Positions 27,163 through 32,000 of a stretch of DNA of 32,000 nt are shown here, piece by piece. The notes under the pieces were generated by a model that saw only the letters and a program-made list of their open reading frames with translations, was not told the DNA's origin and ran no database searches. The position numbers and the translations under genes are program-made. Location of the stretch: the NCBI RefSeq assembly GCF_000018105.1, contig NC_009925.1, positions 5,940,001 through 5,972,000 of the forward strand, in the 5' to 3' direction. Position 1 is the stretch's first letter. Each line of letters begins with the position of its first letter. This DNA is from Acaryochloris marina MBIC11017 (GTDB taxonomy: Bacteria; Cyanobacteriota; Cyanobacteriia; Thermosynechococcales; Thermosynechococcaceae).

Positions 27163-27855
27163 TGATTGACTCCTATTGTTCAGTTAAGCGTGAGCAAAAA
27201 AAATCGAGTCTGCAGTTCCAGAAAAATATAGATAAAACATTAGATTTATCTGGAGTGTGACTACAGTCTAACTGGCTGAAATGTCGCAACCACGTCGATT
27301 TAATGGAATATTCTAAATGCTATTCGCTAAATATAGATCGACAGAACCTTGATAATCTCTGGATTTCAGGTTTTTTTTGGTAATTACGAGTTTATGGCTA
27401 GAAAATTTTGGAGTGTTTCGGCAAAAGTTACAGACAAGTAAAAACCCCAGGATTCTTATTATATATGCATTTCAGGTATTCTTGTTCTAATGATTCTCGA
27501 TTGTTAATGACTAACAGGTTTTATTTGTCAGAAGAAATTTAATCCTGTAAAAAATTATTAAGTTAAGGCTCTTTTGGCGGTCTCAGCTGATAACAAGCTG
27601 TCCTTACAGTTGAAAAAAGTGAATGAAGTCTGAAAATTATTCTGCTTTTACCCACCCGTTTATATCCGCTAGGTAAAGTTCTGCTTGAAATTTAATTTCT
27701 TAACGACCGATGGATTGCTGGCTATATTTACTGAAATTTTATCTTTTGTTAATAATTGACGGAGCCAAAACGCAAAGTATTCTGATTAGAAAGCTAAGAA
27801 ATATGCACGGCTTCTTCTCGCTTCTGATAAATCTGAGAAAGAGATAGATGGTCGA

Positions 27856-27939
27856 TTAGACCTTTTTATCGATCACATCTTCTATTGATATAGAAAGCAG
27901 GTGCCAATTTAGACCTCTTTGAAGGTTGCAGTTAGACCT
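27856..27939 (+). promoter_or_regulatory. Three same-orientation copies of TTAGACCT(Y)T upstream of the tube operon
   Basis: Copies lie at 27856..27863, 27909..27916 and 27932..27939, with start-to-start spacings of 53 and 23 bp. They sit 116-199 bp upstream of the ATG at 28055. A random octamer is expected about once per 65 kb per strand. Confidence 0.45.
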
Positions 27940-28054
27940 TTGGCTACTATCAGTCGCTCTGTTTGCTCCATAGAGTGAAGCTGGTCCCTTATACCTTGTC
28001 CGAAGCAGGGGGATTGGGGGTTGGCGGGGAGAGTTGTGAATAGGTACTTGCCAT

Positions 28055-28276
28055 ATGAACCATGAGAATCAGTCTCTAGGAGGAAACTGGGGAATTTCAG
28101 GGGGGAACGGTTCGCCTAGACTGTCTGAGCTATCTGAAAGAGATAGGGTTTTCAGATTAGCAGCCCAGATTTTGCAAGATCCTCTGGCGCAATCTAATTT
28201 ATGCGATCGCATCTATGAATTGATGCAAAACGACTTGCATTATCAGCGCGAGCGAACCTACGGTGGAGGGTACTAG
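28055..28276 (+). CDS. Small hypothetical protein (73 aa), translationally coupled to the tube gene
   Basis: The Gly-rich N-terminus (LGGNWGISGGNGSP) is followed by a predicted helical C-terminus (RVFRLAAQILQDPLAQSNLCDRIYELMQNDLHYQRE). Its TAG stop overlaps the GTG start of the next gene (TAGTG at 28274..28278). Confidence 0.55.
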   Translation: MNHENQSLGGNWGISGGNGSPRLSELSERDRVFRLAAQILQDPLAQSNLCDRIYELMQNDLHYQRERTYGGGY

Positions 28277-28839
28277 TGGCTAGCAACAGTGAAACCCATA
28301 ACCTTAACTACGTCACCGCCAATCGCTTCTATGTCGAAATCCAAGAAAAGAGCTACATCAGTGCTTGCTTTACTGAATGTTCGGGGTTAAGCGCCAAAAT
28401 TAAGCATGACACCTATTTTGAAGGCGGCGTCAACAACCAGCAGCGGATCATACTCGGTCAAACTGAATTTTCTGATGTCACCCTCAAGCGGGGGATCACT
28501 AATGATCTGGTGTTTTGGGGGTGGGCCAGTCGTGTGCTTACCCAATTAGAACCGACCGATCGTAATGTCAATCCCCAACGTCGCAACATCAACATCCTCT
28601 TGTTCAATCAAGCGGGAGAAACCATTCAAACCTGGACCTTAATTGGTGCCGTCCCTGTGGCTTGGCAAGCACCCGCCCTCCAAGCAGACACCTCTACCGT
28701 TGCCATCGAAGAACTCACCTTGGCTTACGAAGGTCTAAAGGTTGTTGCCAATCTGCAACCCAGCAGCAATGCAGGTGGTGGGGCCACCTTCTTACAAGGT
28801 AGAGATGCAAATGCTGGAGGATTCTATCCCAGTAATTAA
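28276..28839 (+). CDS. Contractile-tail tube protein homolog (T4 gp19 / Afp1-Pvc1 / conserved phage-tail-region family)
   Basis: The family pattern is present: FYVEI...F.ECSGL...Y.EGG.N...L.G...FSDVTLKRGI....W.W, then RRNINILLFNQAGETIQTWTLIGAVPVAWQAPALQADTSTVAIEELTLAYEGL. A non-family tail of about 35 aa follows (ANLQPSSNAGGGATFLQGRDANAGGFYPSN). Confidence 0.85.
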   Translation: MASNSETHNLNYVTANRFYVEIQEKSYISACFTECSGLSAKIKHDTYFEGGVNNQQRIILGQTEFSDVTLKRGITNDLVFWGWASRVLTQLEPTDRNVNPQRRNINILLFNQAGETIQTWTLIGAVPVAWQAPALQADTSTVAIEELTLAYEGLKVVANLQPSSNAGGGATFLQGRDANAGGFYPSN

Positions 28840-28851
28840 CCTGCAAAGTTT

Positions 28852-31800
28852 ATGGATGCTAATTCAGGCCAAGGTCATCAATCTCCATCGGAAGAGATCC
28901 CTTCCTTAGACTCGCTTGGCCTTCAGCATCCATTGCTCCCTCCTCCGGCTCTAGGACAATCCTTTCTCCAACCCCATACCCTATCTCCCTTGGGCGCTGT
29001 ATCCCTAATCAATTTGGATACCCCTCTGCCGACCGAAACGGCTTGGGCAAATTCTCTAGGTAGTCAGGTTCCTAACCAGGTGCCAGGGGAAGCCATTGGC
29101 AACGGCTCCACGGGCCTTTCCAACATTTCTGATTCCTTCGTAACTCAGTCTCCAGAAACCCAACCCAACACTCTTGCTCCGAAAGTACCCACCGAAAGTC
29201 TGCAACCCAAATTAGAACAAACACCCTCCCATCAGCGACAGTCAAGCGCTCAGAACAACCCTGGCAAAATCGATAGTAATGCCGCTAGTACACCAAAAGT
29301 GCAACAGGCACCCTCTCTTGAGACTGGTGCAGTCATTAATAATGACCAACCCCAAATATCAGCCCCTTCTATTCAGCCTGCTCAGGATAGAGAACAAGAG
29401 ACTAGGGAAAGACCTGTTACTAAGCAAGCTGAGTCAGGAACACAGATTGCCCAAGAACAAAACAGCCCTGAAATAACGCTCCAACCCAAACTAAACAAGG
29501 CTCAACAGTTTAGCCCTCCACCCGCGAAATCCCATCTTCAACAATCAACCCTTTCCCCTGTTTCTCCCTCACAGGACGAAACTACTGGAGACCAGACATC
29601 ATCAGAGGTGGTTTCTAAGCAGACTATTTCTGAATCCAAACAGAAGTCTGAACAAACGACTAACCCAATCGTCCATTCCACCTCTAACGCAATATCTCCA
29701 GAGGTGAGTACTTCTGCGGAAGCACCAGATGGGTCCCCCCTCCAAGCGAAGCACCAGAATATCCTGGAAACTAAAGTTGCTTCTGAACCCTCCATAATCC
29801 AAGAGAGTCTCCCCCAGTCTCATGAACAATCCACTTCTCCTAACTCAGAAGTTAAATCTTCAGGCCCAAAACCTTCACCTTCTGCTAGGGCTACAAATGA
29901 TGATCCGTCGCCAACCCAAGACTCAGTCATCTCTGCCCCCAATCAGCCCAGCATCCAAAAAGCTTCGGCTACCAATGACCATTCTTTAGATCGATCTGCA
30001 CAAACAGCCCAGGTTGCCCAAAGTAAAGAAGTCTCCCTTCCAACAGCATCTCCACCTTCGAGTCAAAAACCAGTTATCTCTGCTCAACCCAACCAGGAAC
30101 CGCAAGTATCTAGCACTCAACCTAACAAATCCCAATCCGTTTCAATCCAAACTTCGCTGGAAGCCATAGCTCAAAGCAATAAGGAGGTAGCCACTAAATC
30201 ATCCCAACAAGGGACTGACACCTCAACGGACTTACCTAATAGTCAACCTATCGAATCTCAATCCATTTCTCAAACTTCACTGGAGACCACAGCTCACAGC
30301 GAGCAGGTTAGTACTAAACCATCCCAACAAGGGACTAACAGCAACACAGCTAAACCAGCTAGTGAGACTATCCAGTCATCTCCAATTCCCCCTATCGATC
30401 TGCAACCTAGCAACTCACAGCTTTCCCTCACAAATTCCAAAGAAGACGCTAACCCAAGTAGCTCAACTGATAGCAGCTCTTCAACTGAGACACCCATAAC
30501 ATCTAGCTCTCCCACCATACCTAGGGGGAAATCAATAGAAACAACACCTATTGAACAAGTCGCCCAAGCATCTCCTCAGCAATCTCTAGGTGAGAAGCCT
30601 TTATTGATTGAGAATTCCGAGACACCAAACTCAACAGCCCAGAGTAGCGAGAGTCAAACAGATACAACTGTTATTCAAAAAATAGAAAGTTCGGCAGCTC
30701 AGCAATCTTCTACTGACCACCCGCATACATCGAAGATAGAAACGAACCAAACTAGTCCGACTAGTCCCTCTTCCTCATCAAATGAAACTCCCCCTACATC
30801 CAGCACTACCCAAAAAACTGATGAGGATGCGGCACGGGCAACCGTTATTCAAAGAGCAGACGAACCATCTCCCGAGGCATCCACTAAAACAACTTCAAAA
30901 CAACAGATTAAAAAAAACAAACAGAAAAAGATTCCCTTACAAGCGCAGCTATCGCGCATGGGGAAACGAGCTAAACAGGATATTCATAAAGTTGGGATTC
31001 AGCTCAAGCAGGCATCTCATTCATTCCCCACTGGTCAATCTAGAGCCAAAACAAAAGGGTTGCAGAAATCCACTAGTGATTCTCCCCAACCGTCAAATCC
31101 TCCATCTATCCAAACCAAATCATCTCCCGACTCAAAGCAATCACCCTCTGAAGTACCTTTAGTCCAAAGTGAAGCCGAGGCTATAGAACAAGTTTCTCCT
31201 CAGGAATCTGTCAGGGAAGAGGCTTTACTAGAGAAAACTGAGATTGCTAACCATGAACAGAATTCTCTAACGGTTCAAGCAGCCCCTGAGTCTAAAGACT
31301 CACCCCAAAAGCATCCTCATGCTACTCCAGCGACCTCTGAACCGACGATTGAACCGACGATCGATCAAGACATACAATCTGACTCAGTCACAGATCTCCA
31401 AAAGAAGTCTGAGTCGGCCTCAGATTTTACAATTACTGGACAGCATCGAAATAATTCTGAATCTTCAACACCCGAGGTTAGTGTTAATCAGCTAAAGACG
31501 ACTTCATCGCCTAGTGCTACTTCAAGTGCTGGGACTGAAACTTCCCGACTAAAAACAAAGAAGTGGGGACAATTACCAGCACACCCCCTAAAACGGCTGA
31601 CCCATCTCAGTCAGCAGGTCATGGACACGGTTAGTCGTCAACTTGAACCTCATCCGAATGAAGAGTTCAATCCATTTCAAAGGCAAGAGCAGAATTTACC
31701 TAAAAACTCAAACCAGAAGCGTGAAGATCAGACCATTAGCCCTGCCTCACTTCACAGATCTGTAAATGGAGATCCCCAACCCTTACAAGATAGTGGTAGT

Positions 31801-32000
31801 GAAAATAAATCCGCAGCAACGTCCATTCAATCAGACATTCAAGCGAAGTCCTATTTACCCAATGCAAGTCTAGACACCGCTAGTCTATCAAAGCCTGAAC
31901 TTAGTTCAGATGAACAAGCGCATCTCAACAGTCAAACAGATTACCTCACCGATGTAAGTGCTGAAGAGCATCGCCAAACTCAAGAATTACCCACTGTACA
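28852..32000 (+). CDS. Giant low-complexity Ser/Gln/Pro/Thr/Glu/Lys-rich protein, partial (>1049 aa, continues beyond window end)
   Basis: Absent from the track because it runs off the edge. Every sequence line from 28861 to 31981 starts in this frame. I read all of them as triplets and found no TAA, TAG or TGA. The ATG is at 28852, 12 nt after the tube stop. I noticed no Cys codon and only two Trp codons. Confidence 0.8.
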   Translation, partial: MDANSGQGHQSPSEEIPSLDSLGLQHPLLPPPALGQSFLQPHTLSPLGAVSLINLDTPLPTETAWANSLGSQVPNQVPGEAIGNGSTGLSNISDSFVTQSPETQPNTLAPKVPTESLQPKLEQTPSHQRQSSAQNNPGKIDSNAASTPKVQQAPSLETGAVINNDQPQISAPSIQPAQDREQETRERPVTKQAESGTQIAQEQNSPEITLQPKLNKAQQFSPPPAKSHLQQSTLSPVSPSQDETTGDQTSSEVVSKQTISESKQKSEQTTNPIVHSTSNAISPEVSTSAEAPDGSPLQAKHQNILETKVASEPSIIQESLPQSHEQSTSPNSEVKSSGPKPSPSARATNDDPSPTQDSVISAPNQPSIQKASATNDHSLDRSAQTAQVAQSKEVSLPTASPPSSQKPVISAQPNQEPQVSSTQPNKSQSVSIQTSLEAIAQSNKEVATKSSQQGTDTSTDLPNSQPIESQSISQTSLETTAHSEQVSTKPSQQGTNSNTAKPASETIQSSPIPPIDLQPSNSQLSLTNSKEDANPSSSTDSSSSTETPITSSSPTIPRGKSIETTPIEQVAQASPQQSLGEKPLLIENSETPNSTAQSSESQTDTTVIQKIESSAAQQSSTDHPHTSKIETNQTSPTSPSSSSNETPPTSSTTQKTDEDAARATVIQRADEPSPEASTKTTSKQQIKKNKQKKIPLQAQLSRMGKRAKQDIHKVGIQLKQASHSFPTGQSRAKTKGLQKSTSDSPQPSNPPSIQTKSSPDSKQSPSEVPLVQSEAEAIEQVSPQESVREEALLEKTEIANHEQNSLTVQAAPESKDSPQKHPHATPATSEPTIEPTIDQDIQSDSVTDLQKKSESASDFTITGQHRNNSESSTPEVSVNQLKTTSSPSATSSAGTETSRLKTKKWGQLPAHPLKRLTHLSQQVMDTVSRQLEPHPNEEFNPFQRQEQNLPKNSNQKREDQTISPASLHRSVNGDPQPLQDSGSENKSAATSIQSDIQAKSYLPNASLDTASLSKPELSSDEQAHLNSQTDYLTDVSAEEHRQTQELPTV

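Noticed and set aside
28731-28739. Fourth, inverted copy of TTAGACCTT inside the tube gene
   Set aside because: A single extra octamer match in 64 kb of two-strand sequence is expected by chance. It lies within conserved coding sequence (EGLKV).
29279-31162. Track ORFs 29279..29476+, 29538..29829-, 30294..30518- and 30782..31162+
   Set aside because: All are nested in other frames of the uninterrupted >1049-codon ORF starting at 28852. Their Arg/Leu/His- or Cys-rich products look like off-frame translations of an A/C-rich sequence.
1-32000. tRNA, rRNA, CRISPR array or prophage integrase/att sites
   Set aside because: I saw no cloverleaf-like or rRNA-like segments, no regularly spaced direct repeats outside coding heptads, and no integrase gene. 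I cannot run tRNAscan or Rfam here, so small RNAs cannot be excluded.

Overview
This is cyanobacterial chromosomal DNA: nine GCGATCGC (HIP1) octamers in 32 kb, Rcp-type receivers, a phytochrome and hps-like pseudopilins. It falls into four blocks.

(1) 1-5565, minus strand: a pseudopilin cluster. Two large paralogous PilX-N-like proteins flank a GspH/FimT-like prepilin. One paralog is clipped by the window start and is missing from the ORF track. The cluster is interrupted by a 954-bp IS5-family element whose transposase needs a -1 shift on an A8 run. It is bordered by a 1483-bp IS4-family element with perfect 18-bp IRs and a 10-bp target duplication.

(2) 7.4-20.2 kb: a sensory island. It holds a 2Fe-2S protein, a PAS/coiled-coil protein, a 1502-aa CheB-CheR-PAS histidine kinase, a divergently transcribed bacteriophytochrome with HWE kinase plus receiver, two single-domain receivers and a membrane PAS kinase. 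There is no MCP/CheA/CheW, no heme oxygenase and no DNA-binding output in the window.

(3) 20.6-27.2 kb: ordinary genes. These are a PecS/PecM-like MarR + EamA pair with a repeated operator, a small ORF, a holin-family membrane protein, a Xi-class GST, a flavoprotein-like oxidoreductase, a CobD-like enzyme and HU.

(4) From 28.05 kb, after an 892-bp AT-rich spacer carrying a triple TTAGACCT direct repeat: a 73-aa ORF translationally coupled to a T4-gp19/eCIS-type tail-tube homolog. It is followed, in the same reading frame, by a >1049-codon Ser/Gln/Pro/Thr-rich open frame that runs off the window and is also missing from the track.

The two best candidates for something new are the sheath-less tube + giant disordered protein module at 28-32 kb, and the array of MCP-methylation-site-like EExx[AS][ST] heptads inside the CheB-CheR kinase.
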